This document shows, piece by piece, positions 37,226 through 63,880 of a stretch of DNA of 64,000 bases (position 1 is its first letter; each line of letters starts with the position of its first letter). Under the pieces are notes generated by a model. That model saw only the letters and a program-made list of their open reading frames with translations, had not been told where the DNA came from and did not search any database. This DNA is from Antedon mediterranea (taxonomy: Eukaryota; Animalia; Echinodermata), in NCBI RefSeq assembly GCF_964355755.1, contig NC_092673.1, forward strand, positions 6,386,001 to 6,450,000. Reading direction: 5' to 3'. A program made the position numbers and the translations under genes.

Positions 37226-38378
37226 AGTCATTGTACTGACCGTCCTGATTCCTAGCCTAAATAATACCTACCTTCTTTCAATAATACCTACTTCAGAGAT
37301 GTTCAATAATTGGCAGCTGGGACAGGAATAAACGTTGTATGTACGCCGCGAAATTTATATTCGTTACAAAATGCAAATGTATTCAATAACATGTGTTTGT
37401 TATGTTAACAATTAAAAGGTTATATATAAATTTAAGGTTGTGGCATTTACGTATCTGGCAAAACAAAAGTTTTATTTTATTTAAAGGTTATCTTGTAAAT
37501 ATATAATTCGTAACTGGGACAGGAATAGAAGTTATATACGCCGCGACATTTATATTCGTTACAAAATGCAAATGTGTTCAATAACATGTGTTTGTTATGT
37601 TAAAAATTAAAAGGTTTTATACAAATTAAGTAAGTTTGTTGCATTTATGTATCGGGAAAAACAACAGTTTTATTTTATTTCTAAAGGTCATCCTGTTGTA
37701 AATATAAAATTAAAATTTAGAATTTTGAATAATATTAAATAAATTTATGGTTGTGAAATTTTACGTATCGGACAAACAGAATAGGTCATCAGTAATTCAA
37801 ATTCATTTCAAATAAAAAAATGTCGGTAAATTGTAAAATTAAAAAAAAACACATTTGATTTGATTAAAAATTCACACGGTCATACATGTTTGTTTATGTT
37901 AAAAATGAAAGGTGATATATACATTTAAGGTTGTGCCATTTACTTATCGGGCAAACAAAATGATTTAAAATTCACACGATCATAGCACAAGAAAATCAAA
38001 ATGGGTTTAACAGTTAAATCTAAGAAAAATTAAAATCAAAATAATTAGGAAAATGGCAGTCTTATCACTACAGATATACCATGATTGAAACAATTTATGA
38101 GTGAGCGGCCGAGCTGTTAAAACAGTCACACAGTAGCCTAATTACGTAGCCATAATATCATATCATATATATATTAAGATCATGCGCAATTTAAAGAGTT
38201 ACACACACATAGCCAATGTATAAAGGCAAAAACAACTCCTACTACCCATCCCCCACCACTCCGCACTACTACCAACAACCAATTATAATCGTTACTCTAC
38301 AGGTAGTAGTAGTAGTAGCAGTAGTAGCAGCAGCAGCAGAAGCAGCAGCAGTGGTAGCAGCAGCAGTAGCAGCAGCAC

Positions 38379-38410
<32 letters not shown>

Positions 38411-39340
38411 TAGTATTATATACTTTTCGAGTAAACTTTTTACTTTCCTAGAGAGTTAATTCCATAATAAAATTATTTCTTTATTCGATAAACACATTGA
38501 TTTTTACTTAGTTTTCTATAAATTAAAATTGTCTTTCTGTCTGATATTATACATTTATGGCTGTTTCTGTTTAATACCGTTGAATATAGGAATAACTTGT
38601 TTTCTATGGGCTTATTACAGCAGTATTTAATTCGATTAAAAAAATATGTAGTGTTGTTTAAATTAATTAAAAAAATGGTTTAGTGTTAGCCAAATCGTCA
38701 GCTTTATAGATAAATTATAAACTCGTTGGTAACAAAATGCTGTAATGTACTTTTATAAGTGTTACCCCATTTCACAACAATAAATAAATGTATGGTAATA
38801 CTAATAAATGATGGAATATACTTAGTTTCTCAATGTATATATACTGCTGTTTTTAGAAATGTTTGTTTGTATACGCCTAAGTTTAACATGTTTTTTCCAA
38901 TTTAGTCTACAATCTATTTCTATTCCGAGAAATGTTGTGTTAAGGGAGACAGATACATTTCAATTTATTGTTGCTTTAGTTTCACAAGTAACGTTTTTGG
39001 AATTGAAGATTATATAATTGGTTTTTTAAAACTTTTAACGAAAGTTTCTTGAATGTAAACCAATGAAGTTTATTTAACTCATTACTGACAATCATAGGCC
39101 TATTTTGTTGCAATGTAATTATTACCTATACTCTAGTAGCTGGATCAACTTTCGTATGCACTGAATAAAAGGTCCGGGCATTTAGTTATTCAGGGAAGGC
39201 GTTTATTTTGTTTGGGTGTAATAATGGTAACATGTATAATCAAATAAATACACCCCAGATTAAAAAAAAAAAATTAATATAATAAGAATAATAACTGGAT
39301 TAAACCTCATTCTATCCTGTTGCAAGTACAATCATGTAAT

Positions 39341-39662
39341 ACTTCAAGATTCAAGATTCAAGAAATTTTATTTGTCCATAAAATGGAAATTCACTTTGCT
39401 TGGTAGATTAAAACAACAGTATAGCAACAATTTAAAAACGTGCAGTATGATAACAGATTAAAGATACAAGATAAAAAGTTAAAAATACTGTTAAAAATGT
39501 AAAACTATTAAAAATTGCATTAACGTCTTACATTAGAATTAAAAATATGAATGCTATTTACAACGAAGGATTTTCTAGTTCTACAAAGATTTGCTCTCGG
39601 AGGTCGTAGCCTAATGCCTGATCTATTTAAGTTATAACAGTAATGTAACGGATGAGTGGGGT
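39341..39662 (-). mobile_element. Rex/Babar-like LINE 3' end, distal part
   Basis: Minus strand reads (DPT)HPLHYCYNLNRSGIRLRPPRANLCRTRKSFVVNSIHIF, then AATAAA and a (TCTTGAA)n tail. Confidence 0.75.
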
Positions 39663-42600
39663 ATGGCAAGCCTCAGCTGTCTGAAGTATTCAAAATATTA
39701 TATTATTATATCATTTTTTTATTATATTATATATTGTATTGTAATGAATTATACGTTTTGCATTATATTACTTGGTTTTAGCATTATAATTATATCTATT
39801 TCTAATATATTATGTGAAAAATGTAACAAATTATTGACTTTTTGTATTATATTATTTGGTTTTAGCATTATATTATGAACATTTAATATTATATTATTAA
39901 TAAAATACATTATATTATAATATAATTGTATTATATTAAACGCATTTACTTTACTTTATAACATACAACATTATTATATTATACGGATTCGTTAGTTATA
40001 TTATTATTTTGTATGATGTTTATTATACGTCACGGCTTATTTCAGTTCTTCTAACTCTTTCTCTCCCTCCCCCTGTTCACTAGCAATCAGCGGCCGGCAG
40101 AATCTGAATTGTGTGACTGTTGAAGAATAACTAAGTACTAGGCCTAGCCTAGGCCTACTAGGGGATCTAGACAAGTGACCAAGGATCACCGGACAGCTAC
40201 AACTAATACTACAATACAATAATACTACTACAATAACTACTACTGCTACTACCTAGGCCTAGCTAGTGAGTAGTAGGTAGCTACTACTAGGCTCTAGGGC
40301 GTATGTATGAATGATGTTAACTACTACGGCCTAGGCTAGGCCTAGAGGCCTACTAGTACTAGGCTAGGCCTAGACTTAAGTTGTAGTAGGCTAGGGCCGG
40401 GCCTGCTGCCTTAGGCTAGGCTACTACTACTACTACTACTACTAGGCAGCCCATGATGGGTACGAGTAAGCCAACATTTTGGATATATGTAAACCAAAAT
40501 TTGGGTACGAGCGTGTTGGCATGGCATGGGTACGGGTTGACCTGTATCCTTCTAGCTAATCGTACTATGCCTAGGCCTCAAGTAAGTCTACACTACCCAG
40601 TCCGGCTACAATATGGTCTATTTTGTTTTATAGCTTTATTGATAGCTGGGTTCAAATCTGTGTTGGGACGGCTTTCTCTCATTCTAAAACAGATTTCCTT
40701 ATAATAAAATAATATATGAATTTATTTGTAATATTGTAATGTATACATAATATAAGTAATTGCCATTGCCTTTATTACTATTAATTATGTATTATACGGT
40801 TACCCCTTAATTATACTATAGTATAATTTCCTTGTTATATTTTACAATATTTTCATCCTAATTCTACAATTTTGTCTTTCACAGCACAAATTTATCATAC
40901 TGAATCATCACACACCAAGTCTCATAAATCTCTACTGTATTTGTCCAAGCTACTCCAGCTACGGTACATGGTATTGCCTTGAGGCTAAACTACACAGTAT
41001 ACTGGCACTACCATCATTCCTGGCTCGTCTACCTGTACCACATAAGCACAGTTTCAGTTTCAGTTTATTTACCATTTCAATTTCTGAACATAAGAGATGA
41101 ACAACTTATATGGATGGATAACCGTAAGAGCGAAGCTCGTTTACCGGTCACCCATTAGTCCAGTGACATTACAGACAACATAAAGACAGGACAAAGGTGC
41201 AATACTTAACAAGACATGTGAACACTTGTGTTTGCAACCCCTTGGATAAAATAATATATTTATATAATGGAGAAAGTTAGAAATTATAATATTTCTTTTT
41301 GATCATACAATGATAATTTTTAAATTACTTCTTAAGAAGTCATACTACTGATTCAATATAGTGACTTACACCCTGTGGTCAAGGCTTTCTTTGCTCTTAT
41401 GCTTATTTCCTCCAACATACAGAGTATATAGGACTTTTTTTATTCATAACTGTTGAATTGTTTCCCAATACATAGTACCTATTGGTATTATATCTAAAAA
41501 TACAAAGGCGGCTAACACAGATAGTTCCATATATACAGTACTCTTTTATAAATAAATTTATCTCTCCAAACTACTCCCAACTACCTAATCTAATAATAGT
41601 ACTATTAGCATACTACTATACACTTTGTAGATAAGAAATAAGTTGTATACACTAGAGGACTTATGGTAGTACAGTCGATCGCCCTCTCACTGGCCCGGTC
41701 AACATAATCTATACCTAGATTATTACAGTAATTAAAGTACATTATTACAGAGTTTTGTTTTTTTTTGCAGAAATCAAAGTTATGTGTATAGAAAGCAGTA
41801 CTCGTATTAAAAACTAAGCAGGTTGCAGGTCTTGAACGCAAACTGACAGGATATTTTGAATATTTTTTGTTGTTGAAATGATGGAATCCTAACTTCAATT
41901 TCCACGAACTGGAGACGAAGACATATTATGACCCTTTTATTTAAATTTATTTGAATAGACCTCCATGTAAACTAATTAAAGGCTACATGATTGTTTTATA
42001 TTTTAATATGTGATAGTAGAAAATCATTGTGTATAATGAGGACTATGAATCTGATATTTACTTGCATTCTTATCTTTTTAAAATATTATTTATAATGCCG
42101 GTAATGAGTTTAAAATTTAATTATATTGACTATTGTTGATAATCATCATGTCCTTATAAATTCATTTATACTTTTTTTGTGTAATATAGTTCATATATTA
42201 TGTATTAAATAAATTGGTAAGGCCCTATACTGTTATTATTTAAGGAAAGTTTATATATACTATTATTTTATGCCTACCAATATTAGTATTAATTGTTTAT
42301 GTAAATATTTTGTCTAATTGCCTTGATTTTTGTATAGGCCAATGGCATCAATGTTTTTCTCAAAGCAAATTAGCCTAATAATGCCACATTTAGACACATG
42401 ATTCATTGATTTCTGATATTCTGTACTTGTGTATGCATTACTAAAATAGTAGTTAATATTATTTCATTTATAATGTATGTATAAACATATATTCATATTT
42501 TTTTTAACATTTTTAAATTTAAAAATTATTACAATACCTATCTACCTTTCTGATATTGTTACTATTATATAATATTTTTTGAGGCAGCAATAAAAAAAAA

Positions 42601-45600
42601 TAAAAACATTTATTTGACTTATACTGTACTATGTTAGTTCAGAAGATGAAGTGTGTGTGGGCAGAAACTAGTGTGTTGGAGGTTGGTGGTGTGAGGTGTA
42701 TAGTTGTCACTTTAAGACCTAAATTAGATGTTTTCTGAAGAAAAGAAGTAAGCGGATACGCTTTCAAACAACTCCAAGAAGATTCACACAAAAATAGTTA
42801 CTTTCCAATAAAATAGTATAACAGTGTATATTACAGTACATTGAATAAACTCGAGCGGAATAATAACGCACATAAAAAACATTCATTTTCTTGTCGAAAA
42901 GTGCCCTCTCTAGTTTTCTATTAATTTATTAATAATTATTATCAATTAATGAGTAATATAAACATATTTTTAACATTTAATGCTGGAAACTGTATCTACT
43001 CCTAACAAAGTTTCATATCTCCAAATTTTATCAACGTATTCAAAGCACTTAAATAAATTACATTTAACATTACAAATTCAGGTTTTGGATATACGTAATT
43101 TTGCTTAAAAACATATACAAAAAACATCGATAAAAAATACTTTTCGTATTCAAAAACATTTGATACTTGGTATAAATGTTCAATATAGGTTGCTCCATCC
43201 ATATTGCAAACAAAAAATAACTATCAAGCCATATCACTGATTTTTTAAATTTACGTTTTTACAAAATGTACACTTATGAAAGACCATACAATTCCAACTC
43301 ATTTTTTTCAAGCTAATAACTATTTTGAAAAAACAACCAACAAAAAACGTTCATGAATGCAATTTTTTTCTGTGAATAGAGCAACCTATAGTGAACATTT
43401 ATACCAAGTATCAAATGTTTTTGAATACGAAAAGTATTTTTTATCGATGTTTTTTGTATATGTTTTTAAGCAAAATTCTATCCAAAACCCGAATGTTTAT
43501 GTTAAATGTGATATTTAATATTGAAGTGCTTTGAATACGTTAATGAAATTTGGAGATATGAAACTTTGTTAGGAGTAGAACCAGCTTCCAACCATGAATG
43601 TTAAAAATATGTTCATATTACTCATTAATTAATAATAATTATTAATAAATTAATAGAAAACTAGAGAGGGCACTTTTCGAAAAGAAAATGAATGTTTTTT
43701 TATGTGCGTTATTATTCCGCTTGAGTTTATTCAATGTACTGTAATATACACTGTTATACTACTTTATTGGAAAGTAATTATTTTTGTGTGAATCTTCTTG
43801 GAGTTGTTTGAAAGCGTATGCGCTTACTTCTGTTCTTCAGAAAACATCTAATTTAGGTCTTAAAGTGACAACTATACACCTCACACCACCAACCTCCAAC
43901 ACACTAGTTTCTGCCCACACACACTTCATCTCCTGAACTAACATAGTACAGTATAAGTCAAATTAATTGTTCTAATTTTTTTTTTATTGCTGCCTCAAAG
44001 AATATTATATAATAGTAACAATATCAGAAAGGTAGATAGGTATTGTAATAATTTTTAAATTTAAAAATGTTTAAAAAAATATGAATATATGTTTATACAT
44101 ACATTATAAATGAAATATATTAACTACTATTTTAGTAATGCATACACAAGTACAGAATATCAGAAATCAATGAATCATGTGTCTAAATGTGGCATTATTA
44201 GGCTAATTTGCTTTGAGAAAAACATTGATGCCATTGGCCTATACAAAAATCAAGGCAATTAGACAAAATATTTACATAAACAATTAATACTAATATTGGT
44301 AGGCATAAAATAATAGTGTATATAAACTTTCCTTAAATAATAACAGTATAGGGCCTTACCAATTTATTTAATACATAATATATGAACTATATTACACAAA
44401 AAAAGTATAAATTAATTCATAAGGACATGATGATTATCAAAAATAGTCAATATAATTAAATTTTAAACTCATTACCGGCATTATATATAATATTTTAAAA
44501 AGATAAGAATGCAAGTAAATATCAGATTCATAGTCCTCATTATACACAATGATTTCCTACTATCACATATTAAAATATAAAACAATCATGTAGCCTTTAA
44601 TGACTTTACATGGAGGTCTATTCAAATAAATTTAAGTAAAAGGGTCATAATATGTCTTCGTCTCCAGTTCGTGGAAATTGAAGTTAAGATTCCATCATTT
44701 CAACAACAAAAAATATTCAAAATATCCTGCCAGTTTGCGTTCAAGACCTGCAACCTGCTTAGTTTTTAATACGAGTACTGCTTTCTATACACATAACTTT
44801 GATTTCTGCAAAAAAAAACAAAACTCTGTAATAATGTACTTTAATTACTGTAATAATCTAGGTATAGATTATGTTGACCGGGCCAGTGAGAGGGCGATCG
44901 ACTGTACTACCATAAGTCCTGTAGGTGTATACAACTTATTTCTTGTCTACAAAGTGTATAGTAGTATGCTAATAGTACTATTATTAGATTAGGTAGTTGG
45001 GAGTAGTTTGGAGAGATACATCTATCTATAAAAGAGTACTGTATATATGGAACTATCTGTGTTAGCCGCCTTTGTATTTTTAGATATAATACCAATAGGT
45101 ACTATGTATTGGGAAACAATTCAACAGTTATGAATAAAAAAAGTCCTATGTACTCCTCCTCTGTATGTTGGAGGAAATAAGCATAAGAGCAAATAAAGCC
45201 TTGACCACAGGGTGTAAGTCACTATTTTGAATCAGTAGTATGACTTCTTAAGAAGTAATTTAAAAATTATCATTGTATGATCAAAAAGAAATATTATAAT
45301 ATCTAACTTTCTCCTTTATATAAATATATTATTTTATCCAAGGGGTTGCAAACACAAGTGTTCACATGTCTTGTTAAGTATTGCACCTTTGTCCTGTCTT
45401 TATGTTTTCTGTAATGTCACTGCACTAACGGGTGACCGGTAAACGAGCTTTGCTCTTACGGTTATCCATCCATATAAGTTGTTCATCTCTTATGTTCAGA
45501 AATTGAAATGGTAAATAAACTGAAACTGAAACTGTGCTTATGTGGTACAGGTTGACGAGCCAGGAATGATGGTAGTGCCAGTATACCGTGTAGTTTAGCC

Positions 45601-46923
45601 TCAAGACAATACCATGTAGCTGGAGTAGCTTGGACAAATACAGTAGAGATTTATGAGACTTGGTGTGTGATGATTCAGTATGATAAATTTGTGCTGTGAA
45701 AGACAAAATTGTAGAATTAGGAAGAAAATATTGTAAAATATAACAAGGAAATTATACTATAGTATAATTAAGGGGTAACCGTATAATACATAATTAATAG
45801 TAATAAAGGCAATGGTAATTACTAATTATATTATGTATACATTACAATATTACAAATAAATTCATATATTATTTTATTATGATAAGGAAATCTGTTTTAG
45901 AATGAGAAAAAGCCGTCCCAACCCAGATTTGAACCCAGCTATCAGTAAAGCTATAAAACAAAATAGACCATATTGTAGCCGGACTGGGTAGCGTAGACTT
46001 ACTTGAGGCCTAGGCATAGTACGATTAGCTAGAAGGATACAGGTCAACCCGTACCCATGCCATGCCAACACGCTCGTACCCAAATTTTGGTTTACATATA
46101 TCCAAAATGTTGGCTTACTCGTACCCATCATGGGCTGCCTAGTAGTAGTAGTAGTAGTAGTAGCCTAGCCTAAGGCAGCAGGCCCGGCCCTAGGCTACTA
46201 CAACTTAAGTCTAGGCCTAGCCTAGTACTAGTAGGCCTCTAGGGCCTTAGGCCTAGCCTAGGCCCTTGTAGTTAACATCATACATAGCCATAGTAGCTAC
46301 CTATCCCCTACTCACTAGCTAGGCCTAGGTAGTAGCAGTAGTAGTTATTGTAGTAGTATTATTGTATTGTAGTATTAGTTGTAGCTGTCCGGTGATCCTT
46401 GGTCACTTGTCTAGATCCCCTAGTAGGCCTAGGCTAGGCCTAGGCCTAGTACGTAGTTATTCTTCAACAGTCACACAATTCAGATTCTGCCGGCCGCTGA
46501 TTGCTAGTGAACAGGGGGAGGGAGAGAAAGAGTTAGAAGAACTGAAATAAGCCGTGACGTATAATAAACATCATACAAAATAATAATATAACTGACGAAT
46601 CCGTATAATATAATAATGTTGTATGTTATAAAGTAAAGTAAATGCGTTTAATATAATACAATTATATTATAATATAATGTATTTTATTAATAATATAATA
46701 TTAAATGTTCATAATATAATGCTAAAACCAAAAAATATAATACAAAAAGTCAATAATTTGTTACATTTTTCACATAATATATTAGAAATAGATATAATAT
46801 AATGCTAAAACCAAGTAATATAATGCAAAACGTATAATTCATTACAATACAATATATAACATAATAAAAAAATGATATAATAATATAATATTTTGAATAC
46901 TTCAGACAGCTGAGGCTTGCCAT
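39663..46923. mobile_element. 7.26-kb giant palindromic (foldback-like) insertion: arms about 39663-43195 and 43379-46923, spacer about 183 bp
   Basis: Arms are reverse complements, shown by mirror ORFs 40037-/46362+, 40453+/45877- and 41605-/44678+. Ends ATGGCAAGCCTCAGCTGTC / GACAGCTGAGGCTTGCCAT. Flanking direct repeat AGTGGGGT (39655-39662, 46924-46931). Confidence 0.93.
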
Positions 46924-47268
46924 AGTGGGGTCTTTCATAATATTGTTAACTTTTTTTAGAATACTCTTTTCATAGATAAATGAACAAGGCGTTAGATCAG
47001 CTTTAATAATACGTTGTGCAATTTTACGTGGTCTCTCAATATTTTTCTTATCATTTTCAGTAAAGTTACCATAAAAACATCCAATGCTAAAAGATAAAAT
47101 ACTTTGAATAATACTTTGATAAAATAGAATTAAAATAGTGTTATCAACTCTAATTTGCTTGAGTTTTCTGAGAAAGTAGAGCCTTTGAGATGCCTTCTTG
47201 GAAATCATGAGAGAGTTTGACTCCCATTTTAATTTGTTGTCAATTATAGTACCTAAGTATTTGTATTG
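46924..47268 (-). mobile_element. Rex/Babar-like LINE, 5'-truncated proximal part (RT C-terminal region)
   Basis: YKYLGTIIDNKLKW..KKASQRLYFLRKLK..LFYQSIIQSILSF..MKDPT; continues in frame at 39654 once the palindrome is removed. Confidence 0.8.
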
Positions 47269-48489
47269 GTATTGGGTTTGTAAAAGGTATCACAGACAAC
47301 TATAATAGACCAATTCATTGTCATTATTCCGTAACACTTTTGCATAATATTTTTTAATGTTACCGACAAAACTTATACATAATATGTATAAGTTTTGTCG
47401 GTGTATATTATACACGTCTGTTCCCAGTGTAGATAATAAAACAATATATGTTTCTGGAGATTTATTATCAATACCACTAGAAACTTTGACATGTTTTAGG
47501 TACTGAATTCATTGACAATAAAAGCATCAGAAGTTATGATAAAATCATACTACAACACTGTACTACAGTACACAAGGGTGTTTTTAGGAAAGCTGGACAT
47601 ATTGTACAATAGTAATGAAGCTATGTATTGGCATTTAAAAATATGCAAAAGATTGTTGTCAAATTGTAGTCACAAACAAACAGATGATGGAATGAAGATC
47701 CATTATGAGTGCAATTGTGTCAGGATAATGATATGTCATTGTTTTATATCATTATACTGGCACCTGGAAGAGAAGATCCATTTAATGTTATCTATGACAG
47801 TGTCACTTTTATTCTAAAAGACAGAAACATTTCGTTAAAAAGCATAAAGAAGAAAACGAATCATGTAAAGTACCTTTTATCAGTTGAGAAACGAATTATA
47901 ATTATTAAAATTAGAGTATTTATTCGAATTAACACCCGCTTTGAATAAAAGCCTCTCTCAAATAAACGCCACCATTCCCTCTAATAGAACACCATGTGGA
48001 ATACGCCCGCCACATGCATTTACACAATAATTGTATCACAACACATTACATTAACTACCATAATCTACAATTTACCAAGCATTTTTTTCACTTTTTGATA
48101 TTAATTGTGCTGTATTTTTTTTTACATCTAGGTAGTATTTATTTGATTATACATATTACCATATTATACCACAAATAAATATGCCTCCCCTGCCCCTAAA
48201 AGCCCCTTTGAACAATAAATGCCCGGGGAGTTTAATCGGATACACATGGCAAGTTACTTCTAGCATTCTGAAAAGAACTGTTGAGCTTGACGTTTCTATC
48301 AAAATGTTCTTGGGGACAGCAATAACTAGTACTTGAAATTGAAACAAGTTAAAGTATCAGTTATTGCATAACATTACTGTCTAAGGATAAGTTATGTAGA
48401 GATATGTTTTTTGTTTGAAACATTAGTAATAGAATTTCTGTTCATCTTTTAACCACATTTTTTCTATTACAATGAATGTAAATATGTAT

Positions 48490-49420
48490 ATTTCGAACAA
48501 TTTGATACCAAATTTAAGTTTCTACGACCAGTACTTACAGAGATATGAAGATGCCATGATATGTGGGTCAAAGGTCAGAAATGGCATTTCTGATATTTTT
48601 TGTCTAAAATGTCCCATTAGATTGAATATGAAAGCATGCCTTCTGAACATTTTGAGACTAAACTTGACTTGCTGCGACGAGTGGTTGCCGAGATACAAGT
48701 ATCTATTTTTATTTGTTCATATAACCTTTGACCTTGACCCCTTGACCTTTTGTAACATTTTTAAAAATGTGCTACAAATAATAAATATTTATTTCAAACA
48801 ATTTAAGATCAAATTTAAGTGTCTACGATCAGTAGTTACGGAGATACATACATGCCCTGAGGTGTGGGTCAAAGGTCAGAAATGGCATTTCCGGTCATTT
48901 TTGACTAAAATGTCCCATTAGACTGAATATAAATGTATACCTTCTGATCAATTTGAGACCAAAATTACTTCGCTGTGATCAGTGGTTGTTGAGATTTAAG
49001 GACATATTGGTGTTTGGATCTATTAGAGCCTTAAATATGATGTAGACACTTTTTTTTGTAATGTTTTTGTTTTTGAGTTCGTGTTGTGTCCGTTGGATAT
49101 TGTGCTCCGCCAACAGAGCAAACAGAATTTCTATGTTTTTCCTAAAACAAATGATAATAAATGATACTTGACTTGACTTGACTTGACTTGACTTGACTTG
49201 GTCTTATGACCTTTCACCCTGACCTTTTGACCTTTCGCCACATTTTCAAAAATGTGTAACCAAGCCAAAAATGATAGTTTGACCACCCTAAACCAATTTC
49301 TGAAGTCAAATTCTCTGGACCTCAAAGTGCATACGAAAGTTGATCTAGCTACTAGAGTACTAAGCAAATTAGATCGGTACGGTAGCAAATGAGATGAAAT
49401 TAAGCATAAGAAAATTAGAA
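48490..49420. repeat. Dispersed repeat with GGTCAAAGGTCA/TGACCTTTGACC motifs, two internal copies and an (ACTTG)n tract
   Basis: TGTGGGTCAAAGGTCAGAAATGGCATTTC at about 48562 and 48863; (ACTTG)n at 49166-49200. Confidence 0.6.
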
Positions 49421-49577
49421 AGAAAAAAAAACCAGAAAAACATCTCAAACATTTTAATGCCCTGACTACATGAGACCTTGTCGTCACAAAGTGGTTGATG
49501 GTTTTTGAATGGAACGGTAGGCCTACACATTGGATATGGTATCAAAGTTGGGGACGGCTGACTTTGTTGATGGTTGA

Positions 49578-50352
49578 TTTTTAGTCGCGTGGACGCGACT
49601 CTATATTTCACTATGTCGGTTGGTCTGTCGGTCTGTCTGTCGGTCTGTTGGTCTGTCTGTCGGTCCGGTATCACTATGCGTTTTATCGCTTTTCTGTACT
49701 TTTTGAACTGTTTTGATGTCAAACATGTGGGCATTTACGTGAAATTGTGCACCTCCTATTGTGAATGACGTTAGAGTTGCGCAACGTGATTTACGCGCGA
49801 TTTAACGATTTTCTCGTATTTAACATAGGTCAAAAACCAAATAACATTTTAAATTGAAACTTTGCAAAAGTTTAATTTATATCAGGCGCTAACTTTCTGT
49901 TGAAAAAAAAAATGTGTGTTTTACACAAAGTTACGCGCGCACGCGCATTTAAAATTTTAAAATGCGCAAAATTAATTTTTAATAAACTTTCTACGCGTTT
50001 CTTGTCATTTTGAGCATGTCAAAAATTCCCAAACGCGCGCAAATTTTTACGCGCGCGGTGCGCACGTAGCGTTAAATACATACTTTTTTCGTGTGATTTA
50101 TGTTTTTGCAGCCTTTTAATAATTTTACCAACTTTTAAACAATTTCGACTTAAAATTACGTCATACGAGCACGTCGAATTGGACATTTTGCGCACGTTTT
50201 TGATGAAAAAGTTAAAAAATTCGTCAAAATTATGCCTTTTTAGTCGCGTGGACGCGACTTTATAGTTCACTATGTCGGTCGGTATGTCTGTCGGTCTGTC
50301 TGTCGGTCCGGTATCACTATGCATTGTAGCATGCATGGCTGTTGGCCTTGTT
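49578..50352 (+). mobile_element. Helentron-associated (HINE/DINE-1-like) non-autonomous element with two head modules
   Basis: TTTTTAGTCGCGTGGACGCGACT (T-run + 8-bp hairpin) followed by a (GTCG/GTCT)n microsatellite, at 49578 and about 50237. Confidence 0.62.
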
Positions 50353-50612
50353 TTAATTACAATCAAGTAAAATATAATTTCCATTATATTGTTGGTAAAA
50401 AGTGAATAACTATATAGTAAAATTGTCTATTAAACATAAACAAAATGATTTTTTAGGAGTCAATTAAACAAATAAAAACCATTGGTTACCGCTTAGGTCT
50501 GGTTTTGAAATAGAAACGCTCGAGTTTACATAGGCATCACAAGTCGCGCTTCGTTTGTTCATCAGAAATCGAATCAGGATCAGGACTGTATTTCCAAGGC
50601 ACCGAAGCAACC

Positions 50613-63880
<13,268 letters not shown>

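Larger units (their letters stand above)
29822..38683. repeat. Segmental duplication, copy B (with extra inserts)
   Basis: Matches 19237-25535, plus inserts at 30590-30768, 32248-34547, 35984-36056 and 37076-37225. Confidence 0.93.

Noticed and set aside
39663-46923. Polinton/Maverick, or a pure assembly fold-back artefact
   Set aside because: No polB, integrase or capsid ORFs and no AG..CT termini. Arms differ by many SNPs and indels, and the flanks are the two halves of one LINE with a TSD.
46750-47208. 152-aa ORF as a real gene
   Set aside because: Chimeric read-through from a truncated LINE RT C-terminus into the palindrome terminus.
48560-48890. GGTCAAAGGTCA as nuclear-receptor DR1 elements regulating CDC73
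   Set aside because: The motifs are part of a repeated mobile-element-like unit, and there is no evidence of function from sequence alone.
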